From contig CAWJGT010000009.1 in the NCBI GenBank assembly GCA_963842525.1, positions 1,600,001 through 1,664,000 on the forward strand: 64,000 nt of DNA. The letters run 5' to 3'. Shown here piece after piece: positions 21,501 to 32,207 of the stretch. Position numbers and translations under genes: made by a program. This DNA comes from an uncultured Holophagales bacterium. Lineage in GTDB: Bacteria > Acidobacteriota > Thermoanaerobaculia > Multivoradales > UBA5704. The notes below the pieces were generated by a model. The model was given only the letters and a program-made list of their open reading frames with translations, did not search any database and was not told where the DNA came from. Within the stretch, counting starts at the first letter, position 1. Every line of letters begins with the position of its first letter.

Positions 21501-24500
21501 CGGGCAGACGACGACGACGGCGAAGCTCGATCTCGATCTGAACATGGGCGACGCGGAGGACGGGCTCGGCGGATCCCTGGAATACAACACGGACCTGTTC
21601 GACCGCACCACGGCCCAGCGCTTCCTCCAGCATTTCTCCCGCCTGCTCGAAGACATCGTCGGCGACCCGGACCAGAGGATCTCGGACCTGCGGCTGTTGG
21701 GTGATCCCGAGGTCCAGCAGCTGCTGGTCGAGTGGAACGACACGGCTGCCAGGGGAGGGGAGGGTGGGATCCACGAGATCATCGCGGCACAGGCCGAGCG
21801 CCAGCCGAATGCGCTCGTCGTCGTCTTCGGCGAGGAGCGCCTGACGTACCTTGATCTGGATCGCCGCGCCAATCAGGTGGCCCGGTATCTCTCTTCTCTC
21901 GGAGTCGGGCCTGAGGTCCTGGTCGGGCTCTGCCTGGAGCGCTCTCTCGACATGGTGGTAGGGCTGCTGGGGGTCATGAAGGCCGGCGCCGCCTATCTCC
22001 CGTTGGATCCTTCCTACCCGGCCGGAAGGCTGGCGTTCATGTTGGAGGATGCTCAGCCCTCGGTGTTGCTGACGAACGAGCAAGCCGCCCAACGCCTGCC
22101 GGTCTACTGGGGGCTCACCGTGAGCCTGGATGGGGAACGTGCAGCGATCGCCGCGGCGGGCGAAGGGCGGCTGGACGGCGGCGCAGGACCGGAGAACACC
22201 GTTTACGTGATCTACACTTCCGGCTCGACGGGCTCGCCGAAGGGGGTGGCGGTGTCGCACCGCGGGTTGCACAACCTGGCCGAGGCGCAGATGCGAGGTT
22301 TCGGCTTGACCAGGGAGAGCCGGGTCCTCCAATTCGCCTCGTTGAGCTTCGATGCTTCGATCTCGGAGATCGCGATGACCTTGTGCGCCGGGGCGGCTTT
22401 GCATCTGGCGCCACGCGAGGTCCTGATGTCGGCGCAGAGCCTTGCCCGGCTTATCGAGGACAGCGGGATCACGCATGTCACTCTCCCCGCTTCGCTGCTG
22501 TCGTCGCTCGATCCTGGCGATCTCCCTTCCGCGATCACGGTCATCGCCGCGGGTGAAGCCTGTCCTGCTGAGCTGGTGGAGCGTTGGACGTCGAGGCACC
22601 GGCTCTTCAATGCCTACGGGCCCACCGAGAGCACCGTATGCGCCAGCTTCGACCGTTGTGCGGAAGGCGACCAGCCATCGATCGGCCGCCCGATCGACAA
22701 CCTCCAGACCTATCTTCTCGATGATTGCTCCCGGCCCGTGCCGGTCGGGGTGGTGGGTGAGCTCCACATCGGGGGACTGGGGCTGGCGCAAGGTTACCTG
22801 CGCCGGCCTGACCTGACGGCGGAGAGGTTCATCCCCGGGCCGCTCGGGCAGCCAGGGGCGCGGCTGTACCGGACGGGCGACCTGGCCCGCTATCGCGCCG
22901 ACGGCCGCCTCGACTTCGTCGGCCGCCGCGATCAGCAGGTCAAGGTCAGGGGCTTTCGGATCGAGCTCGGCGAGGTCGAGGCAGCGCTGCTGCAATATCC
23001 TGGGGTGCGGGAAGCCGCGGCTCTCGCGCGCGGCAAATCCTTGGCGGAGCGCCGCCTCGTGGCCTATCTGAGCTGCCGCCAGCCGGAGAGGCCCGCAGCG
23101 CTGGAGGTGCGCCGCTTCCTCCAGGGCCGCCTGCCCGACTACATGATCCCTTCGGTGTTCGTATTCCTGGATGCGCTGCCGCTGCGCCCGAACGGCAAGA
23201 TCGACCGCGACGCCCTCCCTGAGCCTGGGATCCAGGTGGCCCAGGAGAACAATGGTCACGCGGTGCCTCGCAACCCGGTCGAGGAGACGCTCGCCGACAT
23301 CTGGGCGGAGGTGCTCGGGATCGACCGGGTGGGGATTCACGAGAGCTTCTTCGATCTCGGCGGCTACTCGCTGTCCGCGACCCAGGTGCTGGCCAGGGTG
23401 CGCGAGTCCTTCGGGGTGGAATTGAGCCTCGGTCGCTTTTTCGAACGGCCGACGATCGCGGCGTTCGGGGCGGACGTGGAGCAGGCGATCCGCTCCGGGA
23501 ACGTTCAGATCCCGCGACGGCCGGCCTCCCGCACCGGCGACCTGCCGCTCTCCTTCGCTCAGGAGGTGGTCTGGCTCGCCGAGCAACGGGAGCCCGGTCG
23601 GTATGCGGCCCACGTCCCCTTCGCCTTCCGCTTGAGCGGGGACCTCGACGTGGCGGCTCTCGAAGCGAGCCTCAACGAGATCGTGCGGCGCCATGAGGTT
23701 TTGCGCACGACGTTCCCTGTCGCCGCTGGCGTGCCGTGCCAGAGAGTCCACCCGTTCCAACGCCTGCCGCTGCGCACGATCGACTTCGAGGCTGTGCCGC
23801 AGAGCGGGCAACTGGCTGCGGTGACCGATCTGGCACGGCAGGAGGCGAGGCGGCTTTTCGACCTGGAGCGGGGCCCTCTCACCCGCTGGCTGCTCTTTCG
23901 TCTGGATTCTCGGGAGCATGTGCTCCTGCTGGTGTGCCACCACATCGTCATCGATCAATGGTCCGGCGGCATCTTCTCCCAGGAGATCAAGGAGCTTTAT
24001 CAAGCCTTCCTGGAAGGCCAGGCCGTACCCCTGGCGGAGCTGCCCGTCCAGTATGCGGACTTCGCCTCCTGGCAGAGACAGTGGTTGCAGGGAGAGGTCC
24101 TCGAGGCCCAACTGGCCTACTGGCGCCACCGACTGGCGGGCGCCGCGGCGCTCGCGCTGCCCACGGACGCTCCGCGGTCAGCAGCCCTCTCTGCCCACAG
24201 CGCCGACGTTTCCGTGCTCCTCTCGCCGACGGTCACTGCGGCCCTCCATGCGCTGAGCCGGCGGCAGGGCGCCACCTTGTTCATGACCTTGCTGGCGGCT
24301 TACAAGCTCCTGCTCCATCATTTCACGGGTCAGAGCGACATCGTCGTCAGCTCTCCGATCGCCAACCGCAGATGGCGCGAGATCGAACCTCTGATCGGCT
24401 TCTTCCCGAACATGCTGCTCCTCCGCACCGATGTCGGACGGGCTGCCAGCTACCTGGACCTGCTGCGCAGGGTGAGAGAGGTTACGCTCGAGGCCTACAC

Positions 24501-24930
24501 CCACCAGGACCTCTCCTTCGAAGTCCTGGCGGAGAAGATCGGCGAGGTCGCGTCGCGAGAATTCCTGCGCGTTTCTTGCAATTTCTATAATGCGCCCGCG
24601 CCGCCGCTGCAGCTCAAGGGGCTCAGCCTGACGCGTGTCGACGTGGGACTGGAGTTGACGGAGACCGACCTGGTGCTCCTCCTTCAGGAGTCTCCGCTAG
24701 GCCTCCGGTGCGGATTCTTCTATCGGCGAGACCTCTTTAAGCCGGGGACGATGGTCCGGTTGAAGGAACGGTTTCAGGCACTGCTGGAAAGCGTCGCCGC
24801 CGATCCCGAGCAGACGCTTGCGGATCTGATGCAGGAGATGGACAAGGTCGGAGGCGAGGTCGGCGCGGTGGGCGCGAGGTTCTTCCCCCTGACGCAACCT
24901 GGATCGCGAGAGCAGTGGGACCTGTGGTGA
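18534..24930 (+). CDS. NRPS A(acidic, Glu/Aad-like)-T-C-A(Tyr)-T-C, frameshift near 21048
   Basis: ORFs 18534..21704 and 20926..24930 join by removing one C in agcttcccgcggg (giving VQSFRGSFVG). Codes DARHLALMTK and DASTIAAVCK; T motifs GGHSL and GGYSL; C motifs HHIASDAWS and terminal HHIVIDQWS. Confidence 0.93.
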
Positions 24931-25003
24931 TGAGGGTGTGCCGTCGGCAAGTGATCTGATAATGGGAGCAGGAGGGCATGAGTCAACAAGCCGGAGGGGT
25001 ACG

Positions 25004-27415
25004 ATGAAAGACATGCTGTGGCAGAGCCTGCGCTATTCCGCCCGCACGCTGATCAAGAGTCCCTCGTTCAGCGTTGTCGCCATCCTGGCGCTCGCCCTTG
25101 GGATCAGCGGCAATACGGTGATCTTCAGTGCCCTGAGCGCCATCCTCATGCGGCCTCTCCCCTATGAGGACGCAGATCGACTGGTCTTGATCTGGGAGAC
25201 GGACGCCGGGCAGGCGATGACGGATAGCGTGGTCCCTGAGAACTTCTTCACCTGGCGCCAGGAGAGCCGTTCCTTCGAGCAGATGGCCGGCTACTTCCCC
25301 TTCTTCCGCTTGACCCTCCTCGGAACGGACCGGCCTGAAGAGGCGATGGGGGCCAGCGTGACGGGCAACTTCTTCAGCACTTTAGGTGCTCAGGCCGCCT
25401 TCGGCAGGACGTTCTCCACGGCGGCCGGCCCGGATCCCGGCGTCGTCCTCAGCGACGGGCTCTGGCATCGGCTGTTCGCCGCGGACCCGAAGGTCATCGG
25501 CAAGGCGCTTCATCTGAGCGGTGAAGTCTACCAGGTCCTCGGTGTGATGCCGAAGGGGTTCCAGTTCCCCGAAGGTGCCGAGTTGTGGGTACGGGCGCCG
25601 GAGGACCTCCCTCGACTGCCCATGGAGATCGACCCGGGAGAGTTGAGGCAGATCCGCTACATGCGGGTCCTCGCACGCATGCGGCAGGGGACGACCGTGC
25701 CGCAGGCGAGGGAAGAGCTCGCCGCCATCCACTCCCGGCTGGACCGCGGCCGTAGCGTCAATCTGGTGCCGCTGCGAAACCATTTGCTGGGCAACGTCCG
25801 CCCCGTCCTCATGGTCCTGATGGGGGCCGTCGCGCTGGTGCTGCTCATCGCCTGCATCAATGTCGCCAATCTGCTCTCCGCCCGGGCCACCGGGCGGCAC
25901 CGGGAGATGGCCGTCCGATTGTCCCTGGGTGCCGGCCGGAACCATCTGGTCAGGCAATTGCTGGCCGAAAGCGTTCTGCTCGCTCTGGTGGCAGGGGCCC
26001 TCGGATTGCTCCTGGCTCGTTGGGAGCTGAGTCTCCTCCTGAAGTTCATTCCCGTGGACGTCCCTCGCCTCGACGAGATCGGTCTCAACGGTTGGGTGCT
26101 GGTTTTTACCGCGGGGATCTCGGTGCTCACCGGAATCCTCTTCGGTCTGTTGCCGGCCCTGCAGAGCTCGAGCCCCGATCTCGTCGAATCCTTGAAGGAC
26201 GGGGCAAAGGGAAGCAAGGGACCGCGCCGTCAGCGGACCCAGACTTCCCTTCTGGTCTGGGAAGTCGCGATGACCCTGGTGCTGCTGATCGGAACGGCTC
26301 TGCTTTTACAAAGCTTCTTGGGGCTTCAGCGGGTCGATCCTGGTTTCAACAGCTCGCGGCTCCTTACCTTCAAGGTTACCCTGCCGGCTTCCAAGTATTC
26401 TGAGCCGGCTCAGATGGCGAGCTTTTTCGATCGCCTTCTCGGTCGCCTGGAGGCCATGCCGGACCTGGAGGCCGCTGTTGCCTCGCTGACTCCCCCTCCT
26501 GTCAGTAACGACATCAAGAGCGCCTTCCTGATCGAGGGCAGGCCGGCTCCGCCTCCCGACCAGGAGCGCGCGGAAGGGACGGAGTTCGTCAGCCCGCACT
26601 ACTTCCGAGCCCTCGGCATCCCGCTGCTCAAAGGACGCGAGTTCACGCCGCAAGACACTGCCGAGGCGCCGGGGGTCGCTGTCGTCAGCGCTGCGATCGC
26701 ACAGCAGTATTGGGGAGAACAGGACCCGATCGGGCAGCGGATCACCTATGACAACCCAGCCGATCCGGAGGCGAGGTGGTTCACGATCGTCGGAGTTGTC
26801 GGGGACGTGCGGGCGGTGGGATTCCAGCAGGCCGTCCGCCCCATGGTCTACAGGCCCTACAAGCAGCAGCCCTGGCCCTTCATGACCTTGATGCTGCGGA
26901 CCCGGAGCAACCCCGAGGATGCGGTGCCCCTGGTACGGCGGGCTGTGGCGGAGATCGATCCGGAGCAACCGATCGCAAACGTCAGTCCCATGGATCAAAC
27001 CATCGCGCAAGCCGTGGCCCAGCCTCGGTTTACCTTGCTGGTCGTCGCTGTCTTCGCCGTCATGGCCACCCTGCTCGCGGCGTTAGGAATCTACGGCGTC
27101 GCCGCCTATTCTGTGACCCAACGCCAGCACGAGATCGGGCTGCGGATAGCGCTCGGAGCTGAGCGGAGGGCTATCATGGGGCAGTTCCTCCGGCAAGGGC
27201 TCTGGTGGACCTTGCTCGGCATTCTCCTCGGCCTGGGCGGAGCGCTGGCTCTCACTCGGGTTCTGCGCAGCCTGCTCTTCGGGGTCAGCGCCATGGACGT
27301 GGGAACCTACGCCGGGGTATCCGTGCTGTTCATCATCATTTCACTCCTAGCGAACCTGATCCCAGCCTATCGCGCTTCCAGGGTAGAGCCTGGGGTCACC
27401 TTAAAAGCGGAGTAG
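25004..27415 (+). CDS. ADOP-type duplicated MacB/FtsX ABC permease
   Basis: LRYSARTLIKSPSF start, LLIACINVANLL, RHREMAVRLSLGA and QRQHEIGLRIALGA motifs, about 800 aa, no ATPase domain. GGAGG RBS before the ATG at 25004. Confidence 0.92.
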   Translation: MKDMLWQSLRYSARTLIKSPSFSVVAILALALGISGNTVIFSALSAILMRPLPYEDADRLVLIWETDAGQAMTDSVVPENFFTWRQESRSFEQMAGYFPFFRLTLLGTDRPEEAMGASVTGNFFSTLGAQAAFGRTFSTAAGPDPGVVLSDGLWHRLFAADPKVIGKALHLSGEVYQVLGVMPKGFQFPEGAELWVRAPEDLPRLPMEIDPGELRQIRYMRVLARMRQGTTVPQAREELAAIHSRLDRGRSVNLVPLRNHLLGNVRPVLMVLMGAVALVLLIACINVANLLSARATGRHREMAVRLSLGAGRNHLVRQLLAESVLLALVAGALGLLLARWELSLLLKFIPVDVPRLDEIGLNGWVLVFTAGISVLTGILFGLLPALQSSSPDLVESLKDGAKGSKGPRRQRTQTSLLVWEVAMTLVLLIGTALLLQSFLGLQRVDPGFNSSRLLTFKVTLPASKYSEPAQMASFFDRLLGRLEAMPDLEAAVASLTPPPVSNDIKSAFLIEGRPAPPPDQERAEGTEFVSPHYFRALGIPLLKGREFTPQDTAEAPGVAVVSAAIAQQYWGEQDPIGQRITYDNPADPEARWFTIVGVVGDVRAVGFQQAVRPMVYRPYKQQPWPFMTLMLRTRSNPEDAVPLVRRAVAEIDPEQPIANVSPMDQTIAQAVAQPRFTLLVVAVFAVMATLLAALGIYGVAAYSVTQRQHEIGLRIALGAERRAIMGQFLRQGLWWTLLGILLGLGGALALTRVLRSLLFGVSAMDVGTYAGVSVLFIIISLLANLIPAYRASRVEPGVTLKAE

Positions 27416-27439
27416 GGCCGACAGTCAGGGAGAGACCCC

Positions 27440-29446
27440 ATGCTGATACTCGGTATTCATGGCGGCCACAAGCGCGATTTCGAGGACAACGGCGCGGGTT
27501 ACGGTCTGCACGACGGCGCAGCCGTCCTGCTCAGAGACTCCGAGGTGGTGGCGGGAATCGAGGAGGAGCGCCTGAACCGGATCAAGCACTCCAACTTTTT
27601 TCCTTACGAGTCTCTCAAGTTCTGCCTCGGACAAGCCCGCGTCGAGCTGGAGGAAGTGGATCGGATCGCCCTCAACCACAACCAGCAGACTTTTGACATG
27701 ATCGCCCGCAACCGGTTGCTGGTGGACCTCAACGAGTCATTTCTGGATGGCCGCTCCATGATGGGAGCCATGTTCCGAGACGCTTTCGGCGTCGACATCG
27801 CGAGCAAGATTCGCTTCTGTCATCACCACATCGCTCATGCTGCGAGCGCCTTCTTCGCCTCCGGCTTTCAAGACTCACTGATCGTGACGCTGGACGGCGA
27901 CGGAGACGGCCTCTGTGGCCTGGTTCTGGTCAACGAGGGTGGTAGCTTCCGGCCCTTGCGCGAGTACCCCATGAAGCATTCGCTGGGGGATTGGTATTCG
28001 CTCGTGATCAAGATCCTCGGCTACGACCGCTTCGACGAATATAAGGTCATGGGGCTTGCCCCACACGGCGATCCGGAGGTTTATCGCGGTCTGTTCCGGC
28101 AGCTTTACCGGCTGATGCCGCAGGGCGTGTATGAGCTTGCGACGCGCGAGCAGCACCTGGGACTTTTCCTGCAGGCAGGACTCCTACAGAAGATTCGCCG
28201 CAAGGGGGAACCCTTCTCGCAGGTGCACAAGGACTTCGCGGCCGCTCTCCAGGCCTCGCTCGAAGAGATCGTGCTTCACATTGTAAGTCATTACCAGAGA
28301 GAAACCCGGCAGAAGAGGCTTTGCCTCGCCGGCGGGGTGGTCCACAACTGCAGCATGAACGGCCGTATTCTGGAGACCGGGCTCTTCGAGGAGGTGTTCG
28401 CTCAGCCGGCGGCCCACGACGCCGGCACGGCTCTGGGCGCGGCTTGGACAGTGCTGTACGAAGAGACCGGAGTCCGGTGCTCGCCGATGACTCACGTCTT
28501 CTGGGGGAGCGATGTCGGGGAGGCGGAGGCCATCCGGCGCGAGTTGGAGGTGTGGAGCGACTTCCTCGAGGTCGAGCAGGTGGACGACATCATGGCGCGT
28601 GCAGCCCAATTGATCGCGGAAGGGGCCGTGCTCGGGTGGGTCCAAGGCCGCTCTGAGTTTGGTCCTCGCGCGCTAGGCAACCGCAGCATCCTGGCCGACC
28701 CTCGGCCGGCGCGGAACAAGGACCGTGTCAATCAGATGGTGAAGAAGAGGGAGGGTTATCGGCCTTTTGCACCTTCGGTGCGGGAGGAAGACGCGGCCGA
28801 CTTCTTCGAGCTGCCAGCGGGAGGCACGCAATACCAGTTCATGATCTTTGTGGTCAAGGTCAAGGAGGAGATGAGGGAGAGGCTTGCGGCCATCACCCAC
28901 GTCGATGGTACCGCGCGCATCCAGACCGTTTCACGGCATACCAACCCGCGCTTCTGGCAGCTTCTGGGCGAATTCAAGAAGCTGACAGGGATCCCGATTC
29001 TTCTCAACACCTCGTTTAACAACAATGCAGAGCCGATTGTAGATTCGGTCGACGATGCCGTGGCCTGCTTCCTGACCACTGGCCTCGACTACCTTGTGGT
29101 GGGAGACTACCTGGCCAGCAAGAGGGAGAAGGAGCTGCCGGTTCCGCTCTGCCTGGGTCTGGTGCCGACCTTGCGGCCTAGCCGCAAACTGGTCAAGAGG
29201 CTTGGGCAGCGCGGTGGGGGCGAGAAATACTTCATCGAGAGCACTGCGAGTCGATATTTCGGTGAGGACCGGATCGAAGTTTCGCTATCGCTGTTCCAAG
29301 CCTTGACCAATGTCGATGGGAGGCGGTCGCTGCTGGAGCTGCTGCGGGAGCAGGGCGTCGCAGATGACTCGATCCAAAGCGCTGGTCACGAGGCCGTGGA
29401 CCTGTGGATGCGGCGTGTTCTCGTGCTACGCCCCGCCGCGCCCTGA
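27440..29446 (+). CDS. Carbamoyltransferase, NodU/CmcH family
   Basis: HDGAAVL, EEERLNRIKH, HHIAHAASAF, EYKVMGLA, EFGPRALGNRSIL and LLNTSFN motifs. Confidence 0.95.
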   Translation: MLILGIHGGHKRDFEDNGAGYGLHDGAAVLLRDSEVVAGIEEERLNRIKHSNFFPYESLKFCLGQARVELEEVDRIALNHNQQTFDMIARNRLLVDLNESFLDGRSMMGAMFRDAFGVDIASKIRFCHHHIAHAASAFFASGFQDSLIVTLDGDGDGLCGLVLVNEGGSFRPLREYPMKHSLGDWYSLVIKILGYDRFDEYKVMGLAPHGDPEVYRGLFRQLYRLMPQGVYELATREQHLGLFLQAGLLQKIRRKGEPFSQVHKDFAAALQASLEEIVLHIVSHYQRETRQKRLCLAGGVVHNCSMNGRILETGLFEEVFAQPAAHDAGTALGAAWTVLYEETGVRCSPMTHVFWGSDVGEAEAIRRELEVWSDFLEVEQVDDIMARAAQLIAEGAVLGWVQGRSEFGPRALGNRSILADPRPARNKDRVNQMVKKREGYRPFAPSVREEDAADFFELPAGGTQYQFMIFVVKVKEEMRERLAAITHVDGTARIQTVSRHTNPRFWQLLGEFKKLTGIPILLNTSFNNNAEPIVDSVDDAVACFLTTGLDYLVVGDYLASKREKELPVPLCLGLVPTLRPSRKLVKRLGQRGGGEKYFIESTASRYFGEDRIEVSLSLFQALTNVDGRRSLLELLREQGVADDSIQSAGHEAVDLWMRRVLVLRPAAP

Positions 29447-29467
29447 GCACCCAACGAGAGGTGGCGC

Positions 29468-30571
29468 GTGCTCCTACGGAAACCGACCCTCGCACTACGC
29501 TATCTGCGCCTCAAGGTGAACCAGAAACTCGTCCGTATGAAGGGCCCGGCGGGCGTCATCCCCCTCGAACAGGCGAAGGAGCACGCCGCGCGTTGCGTGC
29601 GGGCCTACGAGCGCGAGCCCGACGCGATCCGCAAGCAGCTGAGCGTGCTGGAGTCGCTGTGCGAGGTCGGCGTCACCCGTCCGAGCGACATGTCGCGGCA
29701 GTGCAACTTCTACGACCCCTCGGTCCTCGCCATTCTCAAGCCGTTGCCGCTGTTCCGCTCCGGCGACGAGCTGATCGATAGCGCGACGAGCAGGGTGTAC
29801 GACGAGCTCTCCGAATCTATGCAGGGGGAGCAGTGGTTCGTCTTCATGAATCACGGCTACCTGCCGGCTTCCGGAGCCGTCCCGCCGCTCGAGAGGGACG
29901 ACGACCGATGGAGGCACCAAGTCCTCCTGTACAAGTACCTGCTGGACACCGCGGAGGGGCTCGGGCTGTCCCGCCCGCTGAGCGAGTCGAGCCTGCTGGA
30001 CGTCGGCTGCGGACGCGGGGGCGGGCTCTCCGCGATGGAGCGGCTCTTCGGGCTGAAGCGCGCCGTCGGGCTCGACCAGAGCGAGAGGCAGATCGAGTTC
30101 TGCCGGGAGCGACACGGCCGCCTCGGGATCGAGTTCCATCAGGGCAGCGCGTTGGCTTTGCCGTTCGCAGATCAGACCTTCGATCTCGTCTCCAACGTCG
30201 AGTCGTCGCACCTCTATCCCAACGTGGAGAAGTTCCTCTCCGAGGTCCGTCGCGTCCTGAAGGACTCCGGAATGCTTCTCTTCACGGACGCGCGCGACGC
30301 CTGGTTCGGAACGCACCTCCTCGAAAGGCAGATGCGCGATTCGGGCCTCACCATCCTTCGCAGGGAGGACATCACCGACCGGGTGCTGGCCGCTTGCCGC
30401 GAGGACGCGACCCGCTTCGAGACGGTGTTTCGTGACGTCGCGGCGGCCGACAAATGGAAGCACCCCCAAGCCGTCGCGCGCTCGAAGGCGCGCCAGTATC
30501 GCCTCGGTGTGTCTCGCTACGAGGTGTACATCTTGAGGAAGGACGCCCGCCCCACCGGCCACATAGTATAG
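29468..30571 (+). CDS. Class I SAM-dependent methyltransferase with N-terminal extension
   Basis: FMNHGY, LLDVGCGRGGG and NVESSHLYP motifs, as in phthiotriol-type O-methyltransferases. Start codon uncertain. Confidence 0.85.
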   Translation: MLLRKPTLALRYLRLKVNQKLVRMKGPAGVIPLEQAKEHAARCVRAYEREPDAIRKQLSVLESLCEVGVTRPSDMSRQCNFYDPSVLAILKPLPLFRSGDELIDSATSRVYDELSESMQGEQWFVFMNHGYLPASGAVPPLERDDDRWRHQVLLYKYLLDTAEGLGLSRPLSESSLLDVGCGRGGGLSAMERLFGLKRAVGLDQSERQIEFCRERHGRLGIEFHQGSALALPFADQTFDLVSNVESSHLYPNVEKFLSEVRRVLKDSGMLLFTDARDAWFGTHLLERQMRDSGLTILRREDITDRVLAACREDATRFETVFRDVAAADKWKHPQAVARSKARQYRLGVSRYEVYILRKDARPTGHIV

Positions 30572-30614
30572 TACAGCGCCAATTCCGGGGCTCCATCGGG
30601 AGCAGAGACAGGTC

Positions 30615-32207
30615 ATGACCGCCGAGAAGCTCTACCTCAAGCCGAATGTCGTCGCCGAGCCTCTGGTCGATCACTGGTACGCGTGGTCGCACCTGATTCC
30701 TCCCGCGACGGCCGCCATGAACATCGTGGGCCGTCACCTCAAGATCATGGAGTCCTACGTCAAGGCGCCGCAGGTCCACAGTGCCGCGGTGAAAAACCCG
30801 GCCATGCTTGGCGGCCCCTTTATCGATTACAAGGTGCCGCGGGTTGCCGAGATCCAGGCCCTGATCGACAGGACGAAGCGGGAACGGGCCCACCTCATCG
30901 AGCTCGCCAGGGCCATCCAGCAACTCGACGACCTGCTCCGGCAGGAGGCCAGAGGCCACTCGCTGGAGCCGCTATACGCCCGCGTCCCGGAACCGCTACG
31001 CGGTTACGTGGAGCTCGTCTACGATCTCAATAACCAGCCCTCGTTCCGTCTCATCGAGCCGCTCCTCTACCGGAGCCCCTACTATGTGCCCTCGGCGCAG
31101 AGCCTGGTGCTGGCGCTGATCAACCAGGACGACCGGCCGTTCGTGCTCAGCACGCCGCGGCTGCCGAACGCGGGGGACGTGCACCTGCGGCGTCCGTTCC
31201 GTCATCCCGGCATCGACGAGCTCTTCAAGATGAAGGCCGTGCCGCAGACCTTCGCCTACATCAAGGAAGCGCTGGAGTTGGAGGATGAGCACGATGAGGC
31301 GTTCGCCCGCTTCCTGACCCCCGAGCCGCAGCCCGCCTATGAGCCCTACCGGGGGAGCAGCGTGCGGTGGCGCTACTTCGGCCACGCCTGCATCCTGGTA
31401 GAGACGGCGGAGGTGCGCATCCTGCTCGATCCGGTGCTGAGCTACACCTACGAGAGCGACATCTCCCGGTATACGTACAAGGATCTGCCCGACTGGATCG
31501 ACTTCGCCCTGATCACCCACAACCACCAGGATCACATCCTGTTCGAGACGATGCTCCAGCTCCGCCACAAGATCGGCAGCGTGGTGGTTCCACGCAGCGG
31601 CAGCGGGGAGTTGCAGGATCCCTCCCTCAAGCTGCTGCTCCGGCAGATCGGCTTCACGAACGTCTACGAGATGGACGAGATGGAGACTCTCGAGCTGGGG
31701 GGAGCGAAGATCACCGGGCTCCCGTTCCTGGGTGAGCACGCCGATCTCGACATCCGGAGCAAGCTCGCCTATCACTGCCGGCTCGGCCAGCGCTCCATGC
31801 TCTTCGCGGCGGACTCCTGCAACATCGAGCCGCGGCTCTATGAGCGCCTGCAGGAGGCCGTGGGCAACATCGATGTCGCCTTCATCGGGATGGAGTGCGA
31901 TGGCGCGCCGCTGTCGTGGGTTTATGGACCTCTGCTGACGCGGCCGCTCGACCGCAAGATGGACCAGGGCCGCCGGCTGGCGGGCTCGAACTACGAGCGG
32001 GCCATCGATATCGTCAACCGTTTCCACTGCCGCGACGCTTACGTGTATGCGATGGGGCAGGAGCCCTGGCTCAACTACATTATGAGCGTGAAGTACACGG
32101 AGCAGTCGAACCCCATCATCGCGTCAAACAAGCTGATCGAGGACTGCCGCAGCCGTGGCATCCAGGCCGAGCGGCTCTTCGGAGAGAAGGAGATCCTGCT
32201 TTCCTAG
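30615..32207 (+). CDS. CmlA-type diiron beta-hydroxylase (metallo-beta-lactamase fold)
   Basis: N-terminal EPLVDHWYAWSHLIPPAT...MLGGPF, GHACIL, ITHNHQDH, FLGEHADL and YVYAMGQEPW; 530 aa, matching the CmlA/glycopeptide Tyr beta-hydroxylase family. Confidence 0.9.
   Translation: MTAEKLYLKPNVVAEPLVDHWYAWSHLIPPATAAMNIVGRHLKIMESYVKAPQVHSAAVKNPAMLGGPFIDYKVPRVAEIQALIDRTKRERAHLIELARAIQQLDDLLRQEARGHSLEPLYARVPEPLRGYVELVYDLNNQPSFRLIEPLLYRSPYYVPSAQSLVLALINQDDRPFVLSTPRLPNAGDVHLRRPFRHPGIDELFKMKAVPQTFAYIKEALELEDEHDEAFARFLTPEPQPAYEPYRGSSVRWRYFGHACILVETAEVRILLDPVLSYTYESDISRYTYKDLPDWIDFALITHNHQDHILFETMLQLRHKIGSVVVPRSGSGELQDPSLKLLLRQIGFTNVYEMDEMETLELGGAKITGLPFLGEHADLDIRSKLAYHCRLGQRSMLFAADSCNIEPRLYERLQEAVGNIDVAFIGMECDGAPLSWVYGPLLTRPLDRKMDQGRRLAGSNYERAIDIVNRFHCRDAYVYAMGQEPWLNYIMSVKYTEQSNPIIASNKLIEDCRSRGIQAERLFGEKEILLS

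Noticed and set aside
20293-24129. 1278-aa minus-strand ORF and similar long antisense ORFs over the NRPS genes
   Set aside because: Shadow frames of high-GC coding DNA with no motifs.
1-32207. Bleomycin-family cluster (Asn and His-like A domains, one PKS module, carbamoyltransferase, AsnB)
   Set aside because: No Cy/Ox domains, no MT in the PKS, no glycosyltransferases in the window, and the module order differs.
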